Below are positions 11,419 through 23,931 of a stretch of 64,000 bases of DNA, piece by piece. The stretch lies in assembly GCF_009914755.1 (NCBI RefSeq), contig NC_060934.1; one strand, 5' to 3'. This stretch comes from the human T2T-CHM13v2.0 reference genome, Homo sapiens. The notes below the pieces were generated by a model. It worked only from the letters and a program-made list of their open reading frames with translations. It was not told the DNA's origin and made no database searches. The translations under genes were made by a program, and so were the position numbers. The first letter of the stretch is position 1, and each line of letters starts with the position of its first letter.

Positions 11419-13302
11419 AACATACAGCACCTGCCCCTCACCTTTGAGAGTCTTCACTTTATGGAGGAGGAAACAGAGAATGCCAAAAAGCTCAGCCCAC
11501 ATCACACAGCTGCTGGCCTTGTTTTCCTCTTTGAAAGTGGTAAACAGTGTTGAAGATGGCAAGGAGTGGATGTCGGCCTTTTTTGAAGGTCCAGCCTGTA
11601 AGAGCGGTGCTGGAAGGCATCTATGCCCAGAGATGAGATGAGCCTGCTAGGGCTTCCTTCTGGGCCCACAGCCACCTTTCTGTGGCCAGGTCAGCTTGGT
11701 TGTGGCAAAGTACAGGCAGAGGGCATTCCATTGATGAGCCAGACATCAGCAGGCCACACCAGTGTTGGCGCTTCAGCAAATGAAGGCTGGCCAGGCCACC
11801 ATGCTGGCTCCAGGGAGATGCCGGAAGTGTGGAGTGGGCTGTGGCAATGGCCTTGTTCTGGGTACTCCATGAGGAGGGGACACTCCACAGCTCAGGGCAC
11901 ACCTACCATGAGTCCAGAGCAAAATGCAGCGGGCGGGAATATGACAACGAAGGACCCCTGGAAACATAATCCCTTCCAGAGGGACCTGAAAGAAAGCATT
12001 TCAAAGGTACACTGGGTGGACACTAGGGGCTTCACGCTGCCGGCCTTCCATGCCCTCCCAGCGGCACTGACTTCCTCAGGGGCATTGCGTCCTCCCCACT
12101 GGAGAAAGTCAAACCCTCCTTCCCAGGAATACAAACACAGAGGCTGTGGAGTTGTCTCCTGAAAACAGTGGTGCCTCCACCATGTCTGAGGGGCCCTGCT
12201 GCAAGAGCCCCCAGCTTCCTGTTTTTTGCTCCCTGAGGAGGCCTTGGCTCCTGCCCATCCCAGTTTCCCACCAGCTCCCTGCCAGAAAAGGCCCTTTTTG
12301 CTTTAGGGGCCAGAGCTGGGTTCTCTTGTTTGTAACCAAAGAATCCATAGCACCTGGTGGCACCATCCTCTTGTCCCTGCTGGCCACAAGCTTGCCAATA
12401 ACATGGCGGCCCATTACTCTGTCTGGATTTCAGACCCAAGATGGAGAGACCTTCTGCTACCCTCGGCTTCACTGCCTGGAAGTTGTCCCGTGTCCTTTGC
12501 AGAGCCCAGGTCTGGAGGAATCCAGTAGTGAGGGAACATGAGTCACAAAACCTCCCTGCCCCATGGGTACTATGAGCACCACTACAGCCACTTCCAAGCC
12601 CTGAACCCCCTCCAGGGTTCTTTTAGGTTACAGGTTCCAGGCCTGTTTCATGCAGCTTCTGCCAATACGCTCTTTTTAGGAAGAAATGGTGTTCCTGTCC
12701 CTGGAAAGTTAATGCCTGTCCTCCAAACTACCCAGTTAGCCACAGGCCTGCCCAGGGCTCCCCCAGTGACTTTGCCACCAGGACAACATCCTCATGACCA
12801 CCCCGTCTGATCTGCCTTCATCTGCAGGCCCATGCCTTCCTTCTCAGGAAGGAGAGTGAAGCACAGCCCTTAATAATTCTGGCCCATGCCACCATTGGGG
12901 CAGCCCAAGGCTCCAGCACAAGAAGGTGGTCCATCCTGGGCATCAGCCATGTCCACCCAGCCACCAGGAATCTTGGCTCCGCTGCCCAGGGCAGGGAGTC
13001 AGATCTGAACTCCAGCACCATGGTCTCTGCAGGAGGCCCAGCGGGAGCCTAGTGAGCAGCTAAACCGAGGACAAAATGTTTAGCTGTGTTTTAAAAGACT
13101 AATCTCTGATCACACCCCACAGACTTTGTTCCTCCTCCCGAGCCATCATTAACTATTAATCCAGCTCACGGGCAGGGGAGGGGAAACCCATCTCTTCTGT
13201 TTAAAGGAGGGAAAAAATCACAGCATTACACGATTGTGAAGCAAAATGTGTTAGGAAGATATAAACACAGTCAAATCTATTTCAAGATTCACTTACACAG
13301 GA

Positions 13303-14392
13303 GTGCAGGTGTGTGTGTGTTTATGCATCCGTCCCTGTATACAGGGGTATGTGTGTTTATGCATGCATCCCCATGTACAGGGGTGTGTGTGTGTGTATGC
13401 ATACGTCCCCATGAACAGTGGTGTGTGTGTTTATGCATGCGTCCCCGTGTACAGTGGTGTTTAATGCATGTGTCCCCATTTATGGGTGTGCATGTGTTTA
13501 TTCATGCATCCTCATGTACAGGTGTGTGTGTGCTTATGCATGTGTCCCCGTGTACAAGGGTGTGTGTGTGTGTTTATGCATGCATTCCCATGTACAGAGG
13601 TGTGTATGCATGTTTATGCATGCATCCTGGTGTACAAGGGTGGGTGTGTGTGTGTATGCATGCATCCCCATGTACAGGTGTGTGTGTGTGTTTATGCACG
13701 TATCCCTGTGTACAGGGATGTGTGTACATGTTTATGCATGCGTCCCCATGTACAGGTGTGTGTGTGTGTTTATGCACGTGTCCCCATGTACAGGTTGTGT
13801 GTGTGTGTTTACGCACCTGTCCCCATGTACAGGTGTGTGCGTGTGTTTATGCATGCGTCCCCATGTACAGGTGTGTGTGTGTGTTTATGCACCTGTCCCC
13901 ATGTACAGGTTGTGTGTGTTTATGCACCTGTCCCCATGTACAGGTTGTGTGTGTGTGTTTACGCACCTGTCCCCATGTACAGGTGTGTGCGTGTGTTTAT
14001 GCATGCGTCCCCATGTACAGGGGTGTGTGTGTTCATGCATCTCCGTGTACAGGTGTGTGTATGTATTTATGCATGCATCCCCGTGTACAGCAGTGTGTTT
14101 GTGTTTATGCATGCATCCCCATGTACAGGTGTGTGTGTGTGTGTGTGTGTGTGTTTATGCACGTGTCCCGTGTACGGGTGTGTGTGTGTGTTTATGCATG
14201 CATCCCCATGTACAGGGGTGTGTGTGTTTATGCATGCATCTCTGTGTGCAGGTGTGTGTATTTATGCATGCATTCCTGCGTTTATGCATGCATCCCCATG
14301 TACAGGTGTGTGTGTGTGTGTGTGTGTTTATGCATGTGTGCCCCTGTGGTGGGGGTATGAATGTTTATGCATGTGTCCACATGCACAGGTAT
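13303..14392. repeat. Minisatellite/VNTR, about 28 units of 33-50 bp: (GT)n-TTATGCATGCATCCCCATGTACAG
   Basis: Directly visible. Variable (GT)n spacer. A 93-bp higher-order exact repeat lies at 13779-13871 and 13929-14021. Confidence 0.97.
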
Positions 14393-15159
14393 GGGTAGCA
14401 GAAGGGAGAAGGCTCTGGGAGCACTCCTGAGCCAATAAGATTTGCAACAATTGCTAAGGAATTCTTTACCTTGATGTTGATTTAATACCAGATGAACCTG
14501 AGAAGGCAGAGAAATTTACTTGTTGGGTTAATACAAGAATATGTTTAATCTGTAATGGCAGATGTAACAATTTCATGATTTTTCTCAGGAGTTATTATGA
14601 AATATCTTATTGTTTATTGTCTAGATCAAATGAGAGGATGATGGATATATGCTGTTAGCCAAGGTGAAATATGGTATAATACAACCGAATGTCTTTAGAA
14701 TTTAGGCAAATAAATGTGCAAATCCATGCCACAAGATAGAGATGATACAATATTCAAAACCAGGGTCACTAAACACTTCCACTTCACATGAGAAACAAGT
14801 AGAGTTGAAATCTTTGTACTGCTGCTCATGTTTCAGCATCTTGAGAGGCAGAAAGGCCATTCCTCTCCTGGTTCTTCATGTTTGTGGTGGTGTTTGCCCA
14901 GAAAGTTTTCCCATCAGCCCTTCTTCTGAGAACAAAGCCCTTATTTGTGTGGGGTCCATTCCATGGGACACCAGTAGGGCTGACCCTTTCTCCCCAGTGA
15001 CAGGGCCCCTGTCCCAGGCCCAGCCATCAGAGTTCCACATTGCCCAGCCACATAACTGGTCTCGCCACAGTCACAGCCCCCAAGCCAGGCTGGCCAGAGC
15101 TGTCGCTAAGACCTAAGATCTCCTTTTACTAAGACCACCACCTTTTGATCACGGTGCAA

Positions 15160-15383
15160 ATGGCCATGTTTTCTGTTACATGGGGAGAAGCTGCCTGCAA
15201 ATGAAGCCAACATAGAAGAAAACAGAATCAAGAGATGAAAAAGATCAGATAGACTTCTGATGGCATAGGTTAAACCTCTGATCCAGCCAATTCCTTGACC
15301 AACCCTACTAAATGCCTGTTTTGGTGTAAGGAGTTATAGCTTGGAACTCAGTCACTTGCAACCAAGAGGATACTGGCTAAATA
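15160..15383 (+). mobile_element. MaLR LTR fragment (MLT1K/L-like)
   Basis: AATGAAGCCAACATAGAAGAAAACAGA...CTGATCCAGCCA...GTCACTTGCAACCAAGAG. Confidence 0.65.
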
Positions 15384-15859
15384 TTGTCCTGTGTCAATGT
15401 TTCTTTCTCTCATTCGTTATTATTTCATTATTCCACACATTCTTCAGTGACCCAATAGTTAATTCACCTGCTTTTTTAAAATTGCTAGCTTGATTTACAG
15501 AAATAACCACACAAAAAAAAGCAAACATATTTCTTTCTTAAGCAGGGTAGAGAAAAGCTGAGATCAGTGTACTATAAATAACAAAAGGTGTTACCTTTCA
15601 TGACAGCTTATCAAATGTATGTTCATAAAAAAACTGAAATTAAAAGTAAATCAAGTCTTAACAGAACAGTCACTAACTATGAGTCAAGACTGATTTAAGC
15701 AGAGAAACTCTTCAGAGGAGTGTGTGCTTGGAGCTCATCCACTTTTAGGTAATGGAAACATAACTGAACCAGAGAATCCAAATTTGGGGAGCTGCAGGGA
15801 TCCCAGAATCCCCCCTCTGCCTCTTCCCCGTCAGGAAGCAGAAGTGATGGAACTTGCCC

Positions 15860-16110
15860 CAGATTGTGGAGCACATTAAATTCCGTCAATCATTCTCCAA
15901 GAAGTACAGTCAGCAGCTGCAGTAAAGCAAAGAGTTTGTTGCGAGGAAGAAATTGGTAGAAGACATCCCAGACGAGAAAGCCTTCAGAAGACAGAGCATT
16001 AGGGTTTGCCAGTATGCAGGCTGCTATCCGAGAGATGCTGCGGGATCCGAAAGTGCAGAGCAGAGAAACCAGAATGGTTCAGAGTTTGAGAGTAAGACTA
16101 AGAAGATAGA
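15860..16110 (+). mobile_element. CR1/L3 LINE ORF2 3' fragment
   Basis: GTGCAGAGCAGAGAAACCAGAATGGTTCAGAGTTTG resembles the CR1 'VQRRATRMV.GL' segment. The upstream GCAGCTGCAGTAAAGCAAA resembles 'AAAKKAN'. Confidence 0.45.
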
Positions 16111-19100
16111 TGGGTTAAGTCTATCCTAAACCATCCACCCCAAACAGACGAAGATTTTCCCCAGGACTGCCGGGTACTCAGTGCCCATAAGTCAAAAGTA
16201 GACGGGGAAATGGATGGTTGCCAATCCAATGTTTGATTTAACAACTAATTCAAAACTGGGAAACACAGGCCGAGGTTACAGAAGGAAATAATACATTATC
16301 GACTGAAGCGCTAGGCAGGAGACTGGAACTACACGAGAATTTTAGGAGTAAATTTTGTAAGTGACTAAATCACTTTTACTAAATGGATTCCTAAATGGCA
16401 CCCTTAGAGGGTGGATGGGATGCTCATTTCTACGTATTAGAACTGATTTTTTCTTTTCAGAAAATTAAACTTGGGAACCACAGAGAAGTGGGCCAGAAGG
16501 ATTGAGGGAAGTTTGTAAGTGTGTGGCTGTGGGTTGAGCTGCTGAGCTTGGACTTGGAACTCAGGGTTAGAAGGAAGGAGAACAGCATATGAGGCTGAGG
16601 GGGGAACAAATCCACAATTTATTTTTAATAGACATCTTTTGACTCCATAATCATTGTAGGAGAAATCTATATTCTTCATGGGCTTGAAGACATTGTGGGA
16701 GCAGCCTCGAACTTTTCTCAATAAATTGTTCTTATTTCTATAAAAAATATTCTTGTAACACATGGCAGGCATCCCTCCAGTTTACTCCTCAGTGGCTTTC
16801 TTGAGTCTGCCATGCAGCTCTCTTTGCTCTGGGTTACATAAGCCTAGTGGCTTTGGCCTGTCCTCAGGGGTCCCACTCTCCAAACGCACCTTCCGTTTTC
16901 TTGTGTCCTCCTGCACCTGCTACCCTGAGCTGATCCCTCTTGCCTCTCCTGCTGCTCTAACCTACACAGAGCCCCAAGTCATGGCCAACAGGGTGGGGAG
17001 ATGCTCACGGTTCCCTCACTTGCTGCTCCTGTAGAGGAGCTGGCAGCGTCTCCGCAGCACAGACAGCCGCTCTAGTGGCTGGGACCATTCTCTGCTCCAG
17101 TTGGTCAGGGGTCGGCATTCCTGGCCTTCTGCTCCATGCTGAAGATCCAGGCCTGGCTCCTATCCCTGAAACCAGGAAAGGTTTGAGTTTTCTCCTCAAG
17201 GCCCCTCTCTCTATCCCTAACTTCCCTGGAAACCATGCACAGATGCTGGTTCTTCCTCGGTGCACCTTCCTGACCTCCAGATGGCCAGAGGGAAAGTGGA
17301 GAACTGCTCAGATGGTTTTGTGTATTTAGGAAGCCATCGCTGCAGCCGCGGTCCGGCCCACAGTCCTTCCATTGTTGCGGACACAGCCACCTATAACCAG
17401 CCTCTAGGTGGGCCTTGGGCACTGCTGGGGCTTTTCCTCTGCATACGGGCCCTCTCTCTGTACACACGGCTTCAGCACCATCTTCCCTTGAACTTAGTTA
17501 TTTTCATTAGGATATGAGGTCTTAGATTTAATAAAAGCCAAAAACTGATGAAAAAGACTTTGGTTGGCCGATTAAAAAGGTTAAACATTTGTAAAGAGTC
17601 CTTTTTATTCAAATCACTTCTCTAAACATCCTTGAAAAGGAAACCAATATCTTTGACCAGGCACAGTTCCATCCAATCTCACCAGAAACCAACAGGCCAA
17701 GACACAAGCAGTGAATCCTTATCTGAGAAGGCTTTTAGGTACACAACCAGGAGCATTCTCTTAGCCGACCATGCTGTGGCTGTGTTTGCCATGGAAGCCT
17801 CTGCACTGGTTCCTCTCGATAGTTCCCACATCCTGAGCTGTCAACCTTAGTCCTACCAGACGTGGCTTCTACCTTGTCTCCAGTGGGTTGGCCTGAGCTC
17901 TTCCACTCCACTTCATCTGTCCTGATCCATCAGCTCTGAGTGCAAGCTAAAAGAAGACAGTTTCTTGAGGAAATAAGAAATGGTGTTAGCACTCATATAG
18001 AGCTTAAATGCAGGCCTTTCAGTAAGTTTTAAAGATGTATGAATAAAGGAATTCCCAGCAAATCTTGGGCACTTCATCAATCATATGGAAAGCTTTTAAA
18101 ATAAAGTTACTAATACCTTAAGATGAGTGAACAGAAACAGTACTAGCGAGAGGTGTTGTTTTTACAACTTTAAAAGCTAATCAAGTCAGCGAAAACACAG
18201 CCCTTCATTCGAGAGCCTTCGACAGGTAGGACTCCGGGCATCTGCCTCTTCTTCATACTTTTCTATACTTTGGAAATTTACTGTGAGAAGCATGAATTTT
18301 CTTTGTCAACAACAACAACAAAAACCTAAAATTTCAAAGCTGGTGTAAGTTATAAAATACCAACAAAGCTAAGAGTCACTCAATCTGAAAGAAAACTTCC
18401 AGCAATATTTAGGTGGTGATATATATCCACAATGTGATTTCCAGGATAACAGTTATTTTATTTGCTTACGCAATTTGTAAAGTTTGGGGGAAAATAAACC
18501 ATTCATCTCTACATGTTGCACTTGCCCAAAAAAATGCAACAGCTTATCTCTAGAAGGCGTGCTTCTTGTGTCGTTTTGGCATGTAATTGCTCCATATTTA
18601 AAAATGTTGACTGCAATCATAAAGTGTAGTGTTTAAAATTCAGTTCAACTCACCCCTTGTCCTTGCTGAAGGTAGTTATTTGTCTCTGTCCTCTGAGGGA
18701 CCACATGGTATGATGCTCAAAACATGAAGAGTAAGAAAGAAGGAAGGCATGCAAATCATCACAAAATGAATCCAGCTTTATTTCATTAATTATATAGAGT
18801 AGGCGCTAAATATCATATTTGATTCAGAAATAAATAATATATAACTGAAAACACAAGCATCCAATGCACAGCGGCATCATACAATGACATGGTTTTATAT
18901 GAGAAATTAATCAAGTCTTGCAAAAGTTAAAAGCATGCGTTTTCTAAGCCCTAGAGGCCTGCAGCTAGCGGAATGCTGCTGTGAGAGAGCGCCGCCCTCG
19001 TGGCTGGCAGTTCACAGGGGGTTTTGAAAGTGATTGGCTTAGATGGTTGAACTATTATTTTAGATCACCAGTGACATTCTAGCGACATCAATCGTGACAT

Positions 19101-20899
19101 TCTAAAATGCAGTGGTTGTACTGATTCTCATAACATTTATGAATTAAGACAACAGACCCCAGGGAGTACATCCAGTCTGGAAGTTTTATCATGACCCACT
19201 TTGCTCCAATAGGGTGAAACAATATTTCCACAGATTATTAAGAATATTATTACATCCTTTAACACACACACACGCACATACATATCCATAATATTAAGAA
19301 TATTCCCACAGAATATTAAGGATATTAAGGAAATGAAATGCGTAATAATGAAGCTGATTTCTCACTTTGAGGGAAATATTTAAGGGGATACAGCCACTAA
19401 CGAGTGCCTCCAGCAGTCAGCTCCTGGACTGAGGCTTCCAGAGGCAGCCAAGCAGGTGGTGCCCCTGCAGACCCCCATCAGCCTGGCCTCCCACTACCCC
19501 TGCCCCTGCCCCTGCCCGGGGTGCAGGAAGAGCCGCATTCCTGAGAGTGCTAGGAACATGAGCCTGATGGGTTGGAGACAGAGCTGGAGGCCAGGCAGGC
19601 CATGAACTTGAATATTCTGCCCAAGCCAAAAGGAAGTGAAAATGAGAGTGTGGGAAATACAAGGTCCAGAGCACTGGGCTTTCCAGAGGCAGTCGGAGGA
19701 GAGTGTTTCTCAGAGATGCTTCCACCTACGAGCTCCATGTGCCTTCCCAAGGGAACAGCATGGTGGCTCGCCATGACGTGGTCAGCCACTCTGGGTCACC
19801 AGGCCACCTAGTTGTGCTCGTCAGGCTTCCAGGCTGGGCCAAAAGGTGACCTCTGAATGCCCCCAGGGTCAAACTGTTTGCAGCATGAGATGCCCTGTAA
19901 ATTGGAGAGACCCGGGTGCTCCCTCTGGCCACATCAGATGAGGCCGGTAATGCTTCTGGAATCTCCAACCTGAGGTCGGGTGAGTCCTCATATTCTGCCT
20001 CTCTGATGAGCTCAGGATGGAACTAAAATTGCTGGCTGTACTTTAAAGACTAGAAGTCTGGAAACCGCTGGATCTTTGAGAAAGCCTAGTGCTTTCAGAG
20101 GAACTGTTAAGGGTTCTTCCTTTTGAGGTGTGTGTGTGTGTGTGTTTTTCCACCTTAAATATGTTGTTTAATGAATAATCTTACAGGGAACAATTACCAG
20201 GGTCTAACATGCCACATGCCCTGTTCTGTAGACTGGTAGGAATTTGCCTCAAAGATACAGAATTTAAGTTCATTAATTCTAAACCTAGATTCTCTTTACA
20301 AAGGACAGTAAAATACCTATGCCTAAAATCTTCAGTATTTGGTAACTATTAACTGTGGTGACAAGTGATAATGGGGAGTTAACACTTAGCTTGGAGCCCG
20401 TTCATATATGCTAATATAAATTATCTGGGTCCTGAGCCTGGCAGGACAGACTTACTAGCAAGGCAGTGAGATCAGCAGCAACTGTTTGAGACCATTTGCT
20501 CTGTATGCAATTCACACTTGTCACCACCACGGCCAGTCACAAGGAACATTCAGGCAAGTACTTCTCTTAAGGTCACCTCATTAGTCAAAAGGCCATCTTA
20601 GCTACCAGAGGAGAGAGGGTCTGTGGAGAGCTGCCAGCATCTCTGGGAGGGCCATGAGGAGTAGCTATTCATTTTCAAATAAAACTTTTTTGGTTCAGAA
20701 GCAAGCTAAGATTCAGGAGAAAATCATCTAAAATAGCTCAGTTGCACAAAGTCATCTACAAAGGAAAATGTGGGCTGAACCGCCCAGTTTCAAAGCTGAA
20801 CATTGGTGACTGTATGGAACTTCCCAAATGAAGAATTTCTAGAGCAAAACGTTAGGCACGAGCAATCTCTAAAAGTTTAAATTCACATGGCGTGGTTTT

Positions 20900-21016
20900 T
20901 CAAAATTGAAAACGAAACCAGCGGCTGTGCTCCCGGCGACGGCCTCCTCTTGATGAGCACGGTGCGGATGCGGGGGCTTTCGAGGTGGAGGAAAGGGGGA
21001 TGCGTTGCTCCACTCC
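20900..21016 (-). other. Candidate minus-strand exon (strong acceptor; 3' end undefined)
   Basis: Minus strand reads TTCCCCTCTGCTTCTGGTATTTTTCAG|GGAGTGG. CpG-enriched body. Phase-0 frame ends at TGA (20902-20900). Confidence 0.3.
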
Positions 21017-21184
21017 CTGAAAAATACCAGAAGCAGAGGGGAACCCATTCCAAATGACCAGAGAACAAGTCATGGGAGACCAATTTGATTGTGTCTCCCT
21101 GATAGAATTTCAAGATTCACCAACACTGAGTGCAATACACATATTCTAGTAAAAGTTTAACAAAGCATTTGACAATAAGATCTA

Positions 21185-21270
21185 TTAGATTGCAGAATGG
21201 ACTTGCAAAGGAAGTTGTGGAAGGGCTCTCCCTAGGGAACTTTCAAGTCAAACAAGACAACCCATTTGAA
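21185..21270 (+). mobile_element. CR1/L3 3'-end fragment
   Basis: AGAATGGACTTGCAAAGGAAGTTGTGGAAGGGCTCTCCCTAGGGAACTTTCAAG resembles the CR1 'WNGLP.EVVE.PSLE.FK' segment. Confidence 0.55.
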
Positions 21271-22099
21271 GAAGCATATTGCAGAAGACAATTTTTTTTT
21301 TCCTCCAGATGCCTTGATTTAACTGGACCACTTAACACTTCTTGGGTAAAAACATAAGCACCTTTGAAACAAATCCCTTTTCCAAAGAAAAGCATAGGCA
21401 TAAACATGGGTTTGTTGTGCCACTTTTTTTTTTTTAAATTCTTAACCTAGAGAAAGTGGGATCCTCCTGGGGGACCCCACAGAGAGCCAGAGAGCAGCCA
21501 GCCATGCTCAAGAAGGCAGAGTGCAACTGACTGGCAACCAATGCCTAAGGACACGGGCATCTCTGTGAACAACAAAGGAAAATGAGTGCTGGGCCGCACA
21601 CACACTGCCTTCTACAACCTGCTCCATGCCAACCCACATGTGGGAGGGTATCCAGTGACGTTTCTTATCAATAGAGGAAAAGAATTGTCAACACAACTTG
21701 ACAATTCAAGCAATGGGCACACGACGCAGTTTGAAACCCAAGTCCCTGTGTGTCCAGTATGATAAAATACATAAAAGTGTGCCATTTCCTATCATTTCTT
21801 ATCTTTAACCAGCCATACAAATATTGATAAGCCAGGAAATTCCAAAATGGTGCTGGTCTAGTATATAAACACTAATTGCTTTCCTCATTGCACTGTACCA
21901 TTTTTGAGAGGAAAAACGTGGAATTTTTTAAACCTTGATAGAAAATATATGCAGAATTTGTTTTCCAATGAACGCCTAATAAGGCTACCTCTTAAGTCTA
22001 GATATGTAAAAAATTGCCCTTTTCACAGCTGATAAAATACAAATTAATCCTTAGAGGATTTAATATGTGCCTATTTATTACTTTCAAATCTGAACTTAC

Positions 22100-22127
22100 C
22101 ATGGCAATTAATATGGCTTCTATTAGC
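22100..22127 (-). other. Candidate 28-nt microexon
   Basis: Minus strand reads TACTGATTTTCTCACAG|GCTAATAGAAGCCATATTAATTGCCATG|GTAAGT, with consensus acceptor and donor. Confidence 0.3.
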
Positions 22128-23790
22128 CTGTGAGAAAATCAGTAACTGCCTTTGAAACAGGAAATAAATGCGACGTTGACCCTGTTTTAAATGCCTCCTA
22201 CCTTGTGTGTGTGCATGTGTGCAAGTGTTTACTTTCAGATGTGCTACCAGAGGTGTGATTTGATGCCCTTCAGAAGATCACAATTGCCAAAGCGCCTCTG
22301 TAGTTATAACATTGCTTCTAGAATCAATTTGAGTTCCACAAGCTTTAAATTGTGGTGTCTTCAGGGTATGAAATAATGTTGTTTGCATGCAACTGCAAGT
22401 TCAGTTTATTATGAGAAGTGAAAACATTTTAAAAATTAAAGAAACATTTTTCTTTGTGTTCACAGTTCATTGTGTTAGTTTAACCCCCACACTTAACCTC
22501 CACGCTTCATTTTATAAATTCGCCTTTCATGTATTTTTGCATGCACGCAGACTTAACCCTTGGTTACCAAGGTCCTTTTTAGCATGCCAGGTAAAATGAA
22601 GGCTTTTGAGAGCAAATGCATGTTTCTCCCATCTCCCAGGAGTGTGTAGTCGGTAGGCTGCGGAACTATGTAATTACATTTGCAGAAATTTGAGTATTTC
22701 TCACTTCTTAACCCACCCTTCTTAGAAGGCCAATCATGCCTATTTTTACCTTCATTTATTTAGCATATGTATTTCTGTTTTCCCAATTGGATTCAAAGCA
22801 TTTCAGGCCATGACAACTTATAACCTAAGCCATACTGAAGTTTATTTAAATCTGTGTAATTTTTTTTATCCATTCATGTTTCTCACTGTTGATACAGAGC
22901 AGTTTTCAAAATAAGCCCCCCCTTTTCTTCATCTTGCACCCACCATTTTGATCTCAAACTAAAAGGGTCATTTAATTTTCTGCTTCAAACATCAACCCTC
23001 CCAATTACCACAGTACTTCTTCTTTAAGTGCATGACAATCGGGCAGGTTTTATTCACATTTTTTAAGAAGGGATGTCTGTTTGATATTCTGCCTTTGTGT
23101 ATTCATCGGCAAAAGTCTATATAATTTCCCGTAATGGTCTTGGTTTATTTACAATTTCAGCAGTCGTATTTGTTTAGGCTAAAAGAACGCCTCTGTGGGG
23201 TTAAGGAGAGCAGCCCTCTTTGCTCGGAGAATTATGTCACCTCCCTCTGTCCCATTTCAGCCCATGGAGTTCTTTTGACAGACAGCACGAACAAATCTGC
23301 ATAAGGGAAAGTAAGTGACAGCTGGGGTCAGGCTCTCTCTGTTTAATGACACTGCCAGTTACACATTTTGAATTGTTTAAATATGAGTCTACAGCTTCCA
23401 CAATCATCATTTCACTGGATCCACTTTTCATACCCAACAGCCAGGAAACTGACACGTAATTACACACTTGCTGATGGTATCGCGGTGCCGATAATTAAAA
23501 CTGCCACCCGAGGATTGCGATTGCGAGTCTACAGCTGGGATGTTGTCAGGAGGCAGCAACTCCAGCAGCTTTTAACGCCATCTCCTTACAGGTGGACCTC
23601 GAGTCCCAGCGCCGGAGGAAGCGGCGGCCTCCGCACATCATTCGCAACGTCTCACACAAATGAAGAAAATCTATTAACAATCCAATAAGTGAAATACAAG
23701 CACGATGACCCAGGGGTTAAACTGTCTGCTTGGACGCAGGAGTTGGATCCATTAGGTATTGTTCTTTTTTCTCCCTTTTGCTGTATTTAC

Positions 23791-23931
23791 CGAAAAGATC
23801 GCCAAATGGTCTCCCACTTCTGAGCATAGCTTCAAGTTTTCACGGGTGAGGCTGGAGATGATGCGAAGGATGGGTAGTTCAGCACCTGCCTGAGTTCTTT
23901 CCTGTATCTGATTAAAGAAATAAGGGAGACC
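23791..23931 (-). other. Candidate 141-nt phase-0 exon (GLPYFFNQIQ...DHLAIFS)
   Basis: Very strong acceptor (TTTTG)n-TTTTTCCCAG|, donor TCG|GTAAAT, 47 codons without a stop. Peptide not recognised. Confidence 0.35.

Noticed and set aside
11623-12541. 179-, 146- and 131-aa ORFs in a GC-rich patch
   Set aside because: They overlap on both strands, show no recognisable domain, and partly lie in probable old LTR sequence. Expected by chance at this GC content.
13303-14392. CRISPR-like repeat/spacer appearance
   Set aside because: The 'spacers' are just variable (GT)n runs, the repeats are degenerate, no cas genes are present, and the DNA is primate.
13236-14430. 374-, 326- and 320-aa ORFs
   Set aside because: All three overlap the VNTR, whose unit lacks stop codons. 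The C/V/M/H repeat peptides are not evidence of a gene.
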